Origin: an uncultured Candidatus Saccharibacteria bacterium
Lineage (GTDB): Bacteria; Patescibacteriota; Minisyncoccia; 2-02-FULL-40-12; GWA2-44-9
NCBI GenBank assembly: GCA_964488565.1
Contig: CAZAUE010000002.1
Span: 40,048 to 104,047 of the forward strand
Reading direction: 5' to 3'
DNA length: 64,000 nt
Shown in pieces: positions 1 through 8,060 of this stretch. The position numbers and the translations under genes were made by a program. The number at the start of each line of letters is the position of its first letter. Within the stretch, counting starts at the first letter, position 1. Under the pieces are notes generated by a model. That model was not told where the DNA came from. It saw only the letters and a list, made by a program, of their open reading frames with translations, and searched no databases.

Positions 1-339
1 ATAAAAAGCACTGTAAACCCTCTGCTTATTTTTGCCCTTGTTTTTTCCAGAATCCGCAAAGGCCTCCACCCTAACCTTGGCTCCCAAAGGAAGCATCGTG
101 GCAGGAACTTCATTGTCCGGACTTATAACAAACTCCCACCGAACCTTGTTTACATAAACATAAACAGTCAAAGGATCGCCCGTCCTGTTTTCAAGAAAGT
201 AAGGATAGGTAGGGATTTCCGAATTTGTCGCCAACGGCCGTTCCTGATAATAAGGACGGTAATACGTCTGCGCATTTGCCATCACTGGAAAAGAAACAAT
301 AACCAACAAGACGAGAAGCAGTCTCTTCACGTTGTTCAC
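1..339 (-). CDS. hypothetical secreted protein, partial (3' end beyond window edge)
   Basis: Open frame with no stops from GTG at 337-339 (alternative GTG 328-330, Met 280-282) to position 1. N-terminus VNNVKRLLLVLLVIVSFPVMANA looks like a signal peptide. Not in the ORF track because it has no stop inside the window. Confidence 0.35.
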   Translation of the reverse strand, partial: MNNVKRLLLVLLVIVSFPVMANAQTYYRPYYQERPLATNSEIPTYPYFLENRTGDPLTVYVYVNKVRWEFVISPDNEVPATMLPLGAKVRVEAFADSGKNKGKNKQRVYSAFY

Positions 340-440
340 CTTTTATATTTCAAGAAACTTCAAATATCATATAGAATTATCCAATTTTGTCAACCATAAT
401 TAAAACACCACAGCTCAATCATTTTCCCCATCACCTTCCC

Positions 441-586
441 AACCCCTCGTCAAGCATCCTCTCACTACGCTCGCTCACCCAGCGTGTTCGCTCCCTGCTA
501 TTGCTCATAAGCTCGTCTGTCTACTGACAGACACCATGCCCGCTTATTTCGCAAAAGCCGCTCGAGAATGCATTGGCTCGGGTTAA
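441..586. repeat. left copy of a roughly 165-bp inverted repeat pair (partner 5128..5306)
   Basis: 94 bp are identical to the reverse complement of 5213-5306 (caagcatcctctcactacgctcgctcacccagcgtgttcgctccctgctattgctcataagctcgtctgtctactgacagacaccatgcccgct). A further 42 bp match with 1 mismatch. The copy contains the internal palindrome gtctgtctactgacagac. Confidence 0.85.
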
Positions 587-967
587 TTTAGTTAGCGAGC
601 CAGCCCATCTCTGATTTTGCCTTTTCTGAGGAGGAGAAAATATATGAAAGCGAATTAAGGGATTTATCCAAAATAATAGGTGCTCGGAGGGCGGTGCTTT
701 AGCCCGCCCTAGAATCTCTGTCGAGCGCCGAGCCGTCAGCCTGCCTGCGGTAGTCAGGCAATAGGCTGACGAAGCGAGGAGGCAAGCGAGGGTTACTTAT
801 TATAGCTGCGAGTGAGGACAAATGTAAGCTTACTTACAGTTTGTCCGAACGAAGCAGATATACAACGTATTTTGGCTTAAATCCCAAATGAGCTAAGTAT
901 ATTTTAGAAGACGAGGACCGAGGTCAAAATTAGAGATGGACTAGGGAGAGGTAAGTTCCGCGCGGAA

Positions 968-1342
968 CTAAACATCAATATTTTTGAAGTGTTTAATTTT
1001 GGCAACCCCCTTAGATTCATCTAATCCGACCGAGATTATATCAATCTGCCACTCCTGTTCTGAATCATATTTCTTTTCCGCGAGATAAGTCCTCGCTGTT
1101 CTGACTACTTTAATCATTTTGGAACTATTGGCTCTTAGTTCTGGCTCGAAGCCGACAATTATTTTCCTGTTAGCTTTAACTTCGACAAAAACCAAAATCC
1201 CCTCTTTCAAAGCAATGATATCTATCTCGCCCCACGGCTTTCTATAATTTAATTCCAGCACAGTATATCCCCTTTTCTCCAAATAACGGGCGACTAAGTT
1301 TTCTGCCAAAAATCCCAGTTCGGATGTTTTACCTTGAGTCAT
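968..1342 (-). CDS. yraN: YraN/UPF0102 family endonuclease-like protein
   Basis: C-terminal region GYTVLELNYRKPWGEIDIIALKEGILVFVEVKANRK matches the UPF0102/YraN core. I place the start at the internal Met (MTQGKTSELGFLAENLVARYLEKRGY, ATG revcomp at 1340-1342), because the 30-aa N-terminal extension in the ORF track is atypical for this family. Confidence 0.65.
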   Translation of the reverse strand: MTQGKTSELGFLAENLVARYLEKRGYTVLELNYRKPWGEIDIIALKEGILVFVEVKANRKIIVGFEPELRANSSKMIKVVRTARTYLAEKKYDSEQEWQIDIISVGLDESKGVAKIKHFKNIDV

Positions 1343-1677
1343 TTTGACCAAATTATCACTAATTTTTTGTCCACACAACCAAATTGACTTTTGGGCCCAA
1401 AAAATGCTAAACTCAGTAGGTAATTCTCGCAAGAGGATTTTTGCTTTATATATAGGAAATACCTGTTTTTTGGTCCCGATGGCTTTGCCATCGAGGATCC
1501 TCGACTGTGTCGGGACTTAATAGGCTAAAAGACTGGCAAGGCTAACTAATTTAAAAATCAATTAGTAAATTACTCAAAAAAATCATAGCCCTGACACTAA
1601 AAGGTCAAGGGGAAGGGTCATTTTGGCCCAAATTAAAAAGCTTCAAAGAAAGCCCCTCGTTTAATTTTTATGGGACC

Positions 1678-2703
1678 TTGGTCCTTGTTATGTTTGTCCT
1701 GATTTTCAAAGGAACTTCTGGTGAGGGTCAGGCAAATCTGTTCAGTAATCTTATTAGGAGCTATATAGAGGAAACCTCTGCGTCAATCATTACTGTCTCC
1801 CAGTCTCAAAATCAGTTAGCTGACATCAATAGTTTGACGGCTTTAAGCGGACAAAACCTGGGACGAGGAGGAGAAGTTTCAAAAAACTTAGATCCTTCAA
1901 CAGTTCAGGAAAATTCGCTAATGGCCAGCAATCCTGTCGCAACAGACTACATTGAAGCTGGATTTACCAGTAACCAAATAATTGAATATACAGTTCAACC
2001 GGGAGATTTGTTGTCTTTTATTGCCTCCGACTATGGAGTAAGTATTGATTCTATACTCTGGGCAAACAGTTTAGCCAATGCTAACAGTATAAAACCAGAC
2101 CAAGTCTTGAGAATTCCTCCTGTTTCCGGTGTAATTCATAAAGTAAAGAGTGGCGATACTGTAGCCTCAATTGCCAAGAAATACGGAGCTACCACAGATA
2201 AAATACTGGCATTTAATCATTTAGAAGATGGGCAGTCATTGGAATTAAATGAGGAATTAATCATTCCTGATGGAAAAATTAAGTCCTCAGTAACAACCAA
2301 ACCCGGAACACAAACAGCAGTTGCTAAAAGATTTTCATATCTTCCTGATTTAGGTGATTATTTCATGATTCCCACACAGGGACGAACAAGCCAAGGGATT
2401 CATGGAAGAAATGGGGTTGATAAAGCCAATCCTTGCGGTACTCCTATCTATGCGGCAGCAGATGGAAATGCTGTAACTGTTGATGGTGTTGGATATAATG
2501 GCGGATTTGGGCAATTTATTAAATTAGCCCACCCCAATGGCACAGAAACACTTTATGCTCATGCAAGTAAGTTGCTTATTACAGCCGGACAAAACGTTGC
2601 CAAAGGCCAATTAATAGCCCTGATGGGCTCCACAGGTCGTTCTACTGGCTGTCACCTTCACTTTGAAGTCCACGGGGCAAGAAACCCCCTCGTTAAGTAC
2701 TAA
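1678..2703 (+). CDS. LysM-domain M23 family metallopeptidase (cell-wall hydrolase)
   Basis: Two LysM-like segments (YTVQPGDLLSFIASDYGVSIDSILWANSL; HKVKSGDTVASIAKKYGATTDKILAFNHL). C-terminal M23 signature (HGRNGVDKA...GSTGRSTGCHLHFEV). Confidence 0.8.
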   Translation: MVLVMFVLIFKGTSGEGQANLFSNLIRSYIEETSASIITVSQSQNQLADINSLTALSGQNLGRGGEVSKNLDPSTVQENSLMASNPVATDYIEAGFTSNQIIEYTVQPGDLLSFIASDYGVSIDSILWANSLANANSIKPDQVLRIPPVSGVIHKVKSGDTVASIAKKYGATTDKILAFNHLEDGQSLELNEELIIPDGKIKSSVTTKPGTQTAVAKRFSYLPDLGDYFMIPTQGRTSQGIHGRNGVDKANPCGTPIYAAADGNAVTVDGVGYNGGFGQFIKLAHPNGTETLYAHASKLLITAGQNVAKGQLIALMGSTGRSTGCHLHFEVHGARNPLVKY

Positions 2704-2728
2704 AAACCACCTTTTCGGTGGTTTTTTG
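2703..2728 (+). terminator. rho-independent terminator after the M23 peptidase gene
   Basis: aaaccaccttttcggtggtttttt: a GC-containing stem followed by a T tract immediately after the stop codon. Confidence 0.7.
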
Positions 2729-2777
2729 ATAGTTCCGCACGGAACAATGCCAAATAAAAAGCCCCGCTACGCTGGGG

Positions 2778-3239
2778 CTAGGACTTCTGTTCTTGCGATA
2801 TTCTACTCTTGAGACTCATTAGGGCTGAGACAAGGACTTCCAGATTGTCTCTAGTCAGCGTCCAAAGGACGTCGTTTTTAAAATCAAACCATAAATTAAT
2901 TTTTAGTTGATTTTTGCGATTAGTCTTAATACCTAACTGGATTTTCACGGCATCAGCAAAAAAGGTCTTTTTGCTTGTTTTTGATCCCCCATCAACAATG
3001 TACTGTAAATACGGCTGGTAATCACTAAAAGAAAAACCATTACCAGCCACCATAAACACTGCGGCCACCTTATCTCCAACCTTCACCACACTCGAACCGG
3101 ACCGTATACCTTTCTTTATAATCCTTCCGAGGGATTGATGTTGTTCATTTAAATAAGGATTGCGAAAGCACCTTCTTAGGTCAATAACTATCATTCCTCT
3201 TCTTAACTGGCAACGTTGAACTGATTGAGGACTAAACAT
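2778..3239 (-). CDS. hypothetical protein
   Basis: 153-aa ORF with a good coding look (start may be the internal MIVIDLRR). No family recognised by eye. A hairpin agccccgctacgctggggct followed by T-run overlaps the stop on the minus strand. Confidence 0.4.
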   Translation of the reverse strand: MFSPQSVQRCQLRRGMIVIDLRRCFRNPYLNEQHQSLGRIIKKGIRSGSSVVKVGDKVAAVFMVAGNGFSFSDYQPYLQYIVDGGSKTSKKTFFADAVKIQLGIKTNRKNQLKINLWFDFKNDVLWTLTRDNLEVLVSALMSLKSRISQEQKS

Positions 3240-3352
3240 CTAGTCTCCTTGATGATTGTTAAGCTTAAAACCTGATATATAATATGCCATTTTAAATAAA
3301 TTACAAGGCGAAAACGGGCCTTTTAAGCCGATTTAATTGTTCCGTGCGGAAC

Positions 3353-4885
3353 TTATGCCAACTCGCTTAGCATCTTCTCATTAATGCGTAGATTTACAGC
3401 TTCGGCCACGTGTTGCTCTTTAATTATCTCAGAACCGTCTAAATCAGCGATAGTGCGGGCAAGCTTCTTGGTTTTATGATATGCCCTTAGTGATTGATTC
3501 TTTGCATTAATAGCTTGTTTGAGCAGATTCTCAGCCTCTTTGGTCAAAATACAGTATTTGTCTATGTTTTTATAATCAATCTCGGAATTATAAAACAAAC
3601 CAGTATTTCTGAACCTAGCCATCTGAATTTCTTTGGCTTTATTGATTTGAGCTTTAATTTCCGCCATTTTTACATTTCCTGAAGGGTAGACCTGTCCAAC
3701 TGTTTCGCGCGGAACATTGATTTGAATGTCTATTCTGTCTAATAACGGCCCAGACACCTTCTTTCTATATTTTAATACTTGAGTAGGGGAGCAGGAGCAA
3801 ATCCCCTTATCCTCGCCAAAATTACCACAGGGACAAGCATTCATAGCGGCCACCAAAGTGAAATTAGCTGGTAGGGTAATTGAGCTAGAGGCCCTAGAAA
3901 CAGAAATGGTGCCTTCTTCAAGGGGTTGCCTTAAGCTTTCTAGGACATTTCTTGGGAATTCCGGAAGTTCATCTAGAAACAAAACACCCCTGTGAGCTAA
4001 GCTTATTTCTCCTGGTTTTGGCCAAGTACCACCACCAACCATTGCTGGAGAAGACGTTGTATGATGCGGGCTTCTAAATGGGCGTTTAAACGAAAGAGGG
4101 GAGTTCTTAAATAGTCCGACTGAACTATAAATCTTGGCAACCTCAATCGCCTCCTCAAAAGACATTTTTGGCAACAACTCAGATAAGGCCTTAGCTAGTA
4201 ATGTTTTTCCTGAACCTGGAGGACCAGACATCAAGATGTTGTGAGCTCCAGCAGCTGCAATAATTAGGGCCCTTTTGGCCGTTTCTTGGCCCTTTATGGA
4301 CAACAATAGACCGTCGTCACCATCTTCAGGAGATTCATTTGTCTTTGCCCGCTCACTAAACAATGGTCGCGTGTTGTTTAAATGACCAACTACTTCTTTA
4401 ATATTCTTTGCCCCAACAACATTAATTCCTTGAACTATTTGCGCCTCAACAAGATTAGAATGGGGGACTATCAACTCTTTAAAACCCTTATTTTTTGCCA
4501 ATATTGCCGTAGCCAACACACCGTTGGTATGCTTTAAAGAGCCGTCTAAAGAAAGCTCGCCAATAAATAATTTTTTAGAGGAATCAAACTGTATTTGTTT
4601 GGTTTCCATCAAATAACCCACGGCAATCGGAAGGTCGTAGGATGGACCTTCTTTTTTAATATCAGCTGGGGCTAGGTTTATAATAATCTTTCTGTGCTTT
4701 GAGTTTGGCGCTGCCAAAGCGCTGTTCTTAATGGCTGAAGCAATCCTGTCTTTGGATTCTTGAACTGCTTTATCGGGAAGTCCGACAATATTAAAAACGT
4801 GAATACCTGGAGTTGAATCAACCTCAACCTCTATGAGTTGCGCGTCTATTCCGCTTATTGCGGAGGAAAAAAGTCTGATGGACAA
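3353..4885 (-). CDS. comM: ComM/YifB family Mg-chelatase-like AAA+ ATPase
   Basis: N-terminal Lon-like domain, Walker A GPPGSGKT, Walker B LFLDELPEF, and a C-terminal segment typical of YifB/ComM. 510 aa. Confidence 0.85.
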   Translation of the reverse strand: MSIRLFSSAISGIDAQLIEVEVDSTPGIHVFNIVGLPDKAVQESKDRIASAIKNSALAAPNSKHRKIIINLAPADIKKEGPSYDLPIAVGYLMETKQIQFDSSKKLFIGELSLDGSLKHTNGVLATAILAKNKGFKELIVPHSNLVEAQIVQGINVVGAKNIKEVVGHLNNTRPLFSERAKTNESPEDGDDGLLLSIKGQETAKRALIIAAAGAHNILMSGPPGSGKTLLAKALSELLPKMSFEEAIEVAKIYSSVGLFKNSPLSFKRPFRSPHHTTSSPAMVGGGTWPKPGEISLAHRGVLFLDELPEFPRNVLESLRQPLEEGTISVSRASSSITLPANFTLVAAMNACPCGNFGEDKGICSCSPTQVLKYRKKVSGPLLDRIDIQINVPRETVGQVYPSGNVKMAEIKAQINKAKEIQMARFRNTGLFYNSEIDYKNIDKYCILTKEAENLLKQAINAKNQSLRAYHKTKKLARTIADLDGSEIIKEQHVAEAVNLRINEKMLSELA

Positions 4886-5127
4886 AAAAGTGTATCGCCC
4901 CTCCTACGACTAGTTATGTTTAATATTAGAATAATAACCCTTATGTTTTAAAAAGCAATCTCTAATATCGCTCTCGCCCCTTATTATTTCCGCTCCCCAG
5001 CCACATACTCTTGAAAAACCGCAATTGGTTTTCTCCTGCGAAAAACCATTGCTTCATGCTCAGCGTTCCGAAGAACCAAGCCGAAACGCTTCCGCAACAT
5101 TTTTCAAGAATACGTGACTGGTTCGCT

Positions 5128-5306
5128 TAACCCGAGCCAATGCATTCTCGAACGGCTTTTGCGAAATAGCTCGGAGTGTGCCGTGCTTTAGCCGGCTTAA
5201 CTCTCTGTAGCGGGCATGGTGTCTGTCAGTAGACAGACGAGCTTATGAGCAATAGCAGGGAGCGAACACGCTGGGTGAGCGAGCGTAGTGAGAGGATGCT
5301 TGGAGA
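5128..5306. repeat. right (inverted) copy of the inverted repeat pair; carries a 40-bp extra module
   Basis: Reverse complement matches 441-586. An additional 40 bp (about 5173-5212) contains the GTGCTTTAGCC module also seen at 693-727 and 11303-11336. Confidence 0.85.
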
Positions 5307-5651
5307 GGGGTTGAAGAAATTTTAAGAATCAAAAAAGGCGCAGAACGCCCCTAATAAGTATGTAGTGTGGGCTCTGCGCCTTTGGGTCTCTTGCGAGACA
5401 TGAATTGCCGGCAATCCACGAATGTGTCTGACCACCAGCTAAAGATCTATACTAATTATACAAAGTCATTGGTGACACTGCAATAGCCAAACTGTGGATA
5501 AGGTGACACCATCAAACCATGGTGACATATTCATGGTGACACCATCAAATATTGGCTAATAGTGTCATTATTCCAAATAATCAGCCCCGCCAAGCGGGGC
5601 TGATTATTTACTAAATTTTATGGTGACAACAGGTTATGCACAAACCATCAC

Positions 5652-7079
5652 CTAAAATCCTTTGAGCTTATCTATTGTTCCAAAGATGGCTTCTCTCGAG
5701 TTTGTTACAACAAAATATGTTTTACCATTAGATGCCACAACAATTGAATAGTCTATCGTTCTGTCGGCAAATGGGAAATTCCAGAATCTAATGTTTGTGT
5801 TCCTGTATGAGTTGTTTGTAAAACCAGTTTGGTCTTTATTGCTTTTACCTAAAGAAAACAGGACCTTAAGATCGTTACTTAAACTATTTTCCCAACTGGT
5901 AATTACTTCGGAAGCACTGGCGGAATCTTTTAGTTCTGCGACAGCCACAATTCTATTAGAGGCAGTGGGTTCAATCAACAAATTACCCTTGGAGTCAAAA
6001 GATTCTTTTTGACCATAAACGAACATGGCGGAATCGTTTCCAATATTGCTTACTAATCCCACTGGAACGTTTAAGGCAAGTTTGGACAATAAATCAACAA
6101 AACCATAGGAAGTAGATGCGTTTTGAGCGTCGATAGTATTCAATATTTTAAATGATCCTGGAACCACAACCACCTTGCCAGTATCAGATACAAAAGACGC
6201 TAGTGCTCCAGTCTGTTTGATACTGACACTCTCTCTTACTACTCCGGAAAACATAGAGCTCAATGTTGGAGTAGGGGTTGGAACTGGTGTTTCTGTTGGA
6301 GTTGGCGTAGGAGTTTCAATTACAATCTCCGGGGCTGGTGCTCTTAAGATAAAGAACCAGTATGCAAATCCGGCCACCAATGCTATAGCGCCGATTCCCA
6401 AAAATAACACATTACGATTACCGCCCTTGGACCCAGCCTCAGGAACATAAATTTGTGACTTTTCCTCTGAAGTTGCTGGTGGTTTTGGGGCATCTTTCAT
6501 TTGAGCTAGTGGGCCCGTTTTCTGGCTTTCGCCCAAATTTACACTTGGAACTTTGAATTGCTGACCTGGTACTGCTGGCTTAGGAACGACGGGTTGAGGA
6601 GCAGGAGCTGCTTGTTCAACCTTTCTGGGAATATTAATTCCGGCTGGTTTTTGGCCTTGTTTTATATTAGAAATATCCTCACTCATTGTTCTGATTGAAG
6701 ATTGATATTCTTTTACGCCCGAGGTTGGTGGGGGAGTAACAGAAGATGGAGCTGGGGCTGGTTTTGATTGAGCAAATGACTGAGGGGGAACATTAAATTG
6801 TGGTCGTGGTGCTTCTGGTTTAGGTGTTGGAGTTGGAACAACTGGAGGTCTCACCGTGGTTGGTGGGACAAATGGTTTTGGTGCTGGCGAAGGAGGAGTT
6901 GCGGGTAAACCAGCCATTGGGGGAGATACTGGCGGTTTAGGTGTTGAGGGAATAGGTCTTGGTGCCTGAGTTGAAGGCGCAAGGGGCGGTGTCGGTGCTA
7001 CAGGATTTGTAGAACTTTTACTTAATTCCCTAACCAAGTCATTTATGTCCATAGTTTGGGGTTTCTGGTCATCTGCCAT
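5652..7079 (-). CDS. proline-rich membrane protein, hypothetical
   Basis: 475 aa. An N-terminal low-complexity P/T/A-rich region of about 200 aa, one TM helix (VLFLGIGAIALVAGFAYWFFIL), and a C-terminal globular domain. No recognisable family. Confidence 0.5.
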   Translation of the reverse strand: MADDQKPQTMDINDLVRELSKSSTNPVAPTPPLAPSTQAPRPIPSTPKPPVSPPMAGLPATPPSPAPKPFVPPTTVRPPVVPTPTPKPEAPRPQFNVPPQSFAQSKPAPAPSSVTPPPTSGVKEYQSSIRTMSEDISNIKQGQKPAGINIPRKVEQAAPAPQPVVPKPAVPGQQFKVPSVNLGESQKTGPLAQMKDAPKPPATSEEKSQIYVPEAGSKGGNRNVLFLGIGAIALVAGFAYWFFILRAPAPEIVIETPTPTPTETPVPTPTPTLSSMFSGVVRESVSIKQTGALASFVSDTGKVVVVPGSFKILNTIDAQNASTSYGFVDLLSKLALNVPVGLVSNIGNDSAMFVYGQKESFDSKGNLLIEPTASNRIVAVAELKDSASASEVITSWENSLSNDLKVLFSLGKSNKDQTGFTNNSYRNTNIRFWNFPFADRTIDYSIVVASNGKTYFVVTNSREAIFGTIDKLKGF

Positions 7080-7212
7080 GAGTAGTGTTTAAATCTGGTA
7101 TTCAGAAATTTAGTATCAAAACTAAAAACCAAAAAACAGATTATGATTATGCTTGAGATAATTTTAACACAACCAAAGAATAAGTTGTAAACATTTGTAA
7201 ACAAAAAAGACC

Positions 7213-7250
7213 TCAACACAGTGAGCTTCACGCTATGCGTGAGGTCTCTT
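7213..7250 (-). terminator. rho-independent terminator (minus strand) downstream of the GC-rich islet gene
   Basis: Minus-strand reading gagacctcacgcatagcgtgaagctcactgtgttgaggtctttttt: an 8-bp stem followed by a U tract. Confidence 0.6.
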
Positions 7251-7412
7251 CTGTGCCGAGGTCGACCTAGGACCGAACGACAGGTTGCTGTTTGACGGGG
7301 CAACCCGTCATCGTCATGGGGTTGCGACGACGGAGCTTCAGGAGCATCCGCCAGAACCAGAATGTCTTTGATTTCTTCATGGATTCTCCTATCTTGGTCG
7401 ATGGGTCAACAA

Positions 7413-7745
7413 CTACTTGATGATGTTGCTGACCTCAGCGATGCCCCAGCCAACTCGATTGATGCCGACGAGGCGTCCGTAGCGGGAAACATTTCCATCT
7501 TCCCGCATCTCTCCACATGCCCAGACGTGGTTCTGACCCTTCTCGTCAGTCCAGGTGACACGATCGAGGTTGACGTCGTCAAAGCCCTCGGCGGGCCAGA
7601 CGTAGACAACGGCGCCGTCGTCCTTGGGTTGAGCAGCAGCGAGTTGTGCCTTGAGCGACCCAATCTCGCTGTTCTTGCTGATCCTGTCCGCTACACTTGG
7701 ACCGATAATGAGCAAGCAGATCATTACCCAACGAAGTTGCGTCAT
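7413..7745 (-). CDS. small secreted protein of foreign (high-GC) origin, hypothetical
   Basis: 110-aa ORF with a strong SD (GGAGGcagtATG) and signal peptide MTQLRWVMICLLIIGPSVA. GC and third-codon-position GC are far above the surrounding genome. Overlapping ORFs on other frames (7362..7820, 7406..7663, 7579..7881) are typical high-GC shadow ORFs. Confidence 0.45.
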   Translation of the reverse strand: MTQLRWVMICLLIIGPSVADRISKNSEIGSLKAQLAAAQPKDDGAVVYVWPAEGFDDVNLDRVTWTDEKGQNHVWACGEMREDGNVSRYGRLVGINRVGWGIAEVSNIIK

Positions 7746-8060
7746 ACTGCCTCCTGCGCGCTAAGCGCGCGTACCGAATTTTTACAGAACGAATCGTATT
7801 TAAATTATACCACATTTTAAGCCATTTTGTCAAACCATGATTTATAACAAAAAACCAGCTTTTTGAGCCGATTTTTAACATTAGCGCAGGAACTCAGTCA
7901 TCTGAAGACATTTGAGACGTTGGCTGAACCGACTGATACAATATTGGACGAAGTCTATCAGTCGGCGATTAGACAATGCGATTATAGCCGAGATAAAACC
8001 GCTCACGGAGGAGCGGTTTTATCGGAGGCGTGTCTGAAGGTGGCTGGGTTCTGGAGCGAT

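Noticed and set aside
420-967. Possibility that the long non-coding regions (420-967, 4886-5651) hide tmRNA, RNase P RNA, SRP RNA or rRNA fragments
   Set aside because: I looked for the hallmark motifs by eye: a tRNA-like T arm GGTTCGAnTCC with an ACCA end for tmRNA, the P4 GGAAAGTCCGG and AGGGTGAAA for RNase P, and the GGAA..AGCAG helix for SRP. None was found. This needs a covariance-model scan for a definitive negative.
968-1432. Full 154-aa version of yraN and 70-aa version of rpmH (50988..51200)
   Set aside because: In both cases the N-terminal extensions lack family conservation, and an internal Met reproduces the canonical protein length. Features are reported from the internal starts.
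3494-3682. 62-aa ORF antisense within comM
   Set aside because: Embedded in the opposite strand of a conserved AAA+ gene and low-complexity hydrophobic. It is spurious.
5791-6450. Two ORFs (73 aa, 91 aa) antisense to the Pro-rich protein gene
   Set aside because: They arise from the repetitive Pro/Thr/Val codon content of the opposite strand (GVGVGTGVSVGVGVG). They are not independent genes.
7362-7881. Three further ORFs (7362..7820 +, 7406..7663 -, 7579..7881 -) in the GC-rich islet
   Set aside because: High-GC DNA yields long open frames on all strands. Only 7413..7745 (minus) has an SD, a signal peptide and coherent codon bias, so the others are treated as overlap artefacts.
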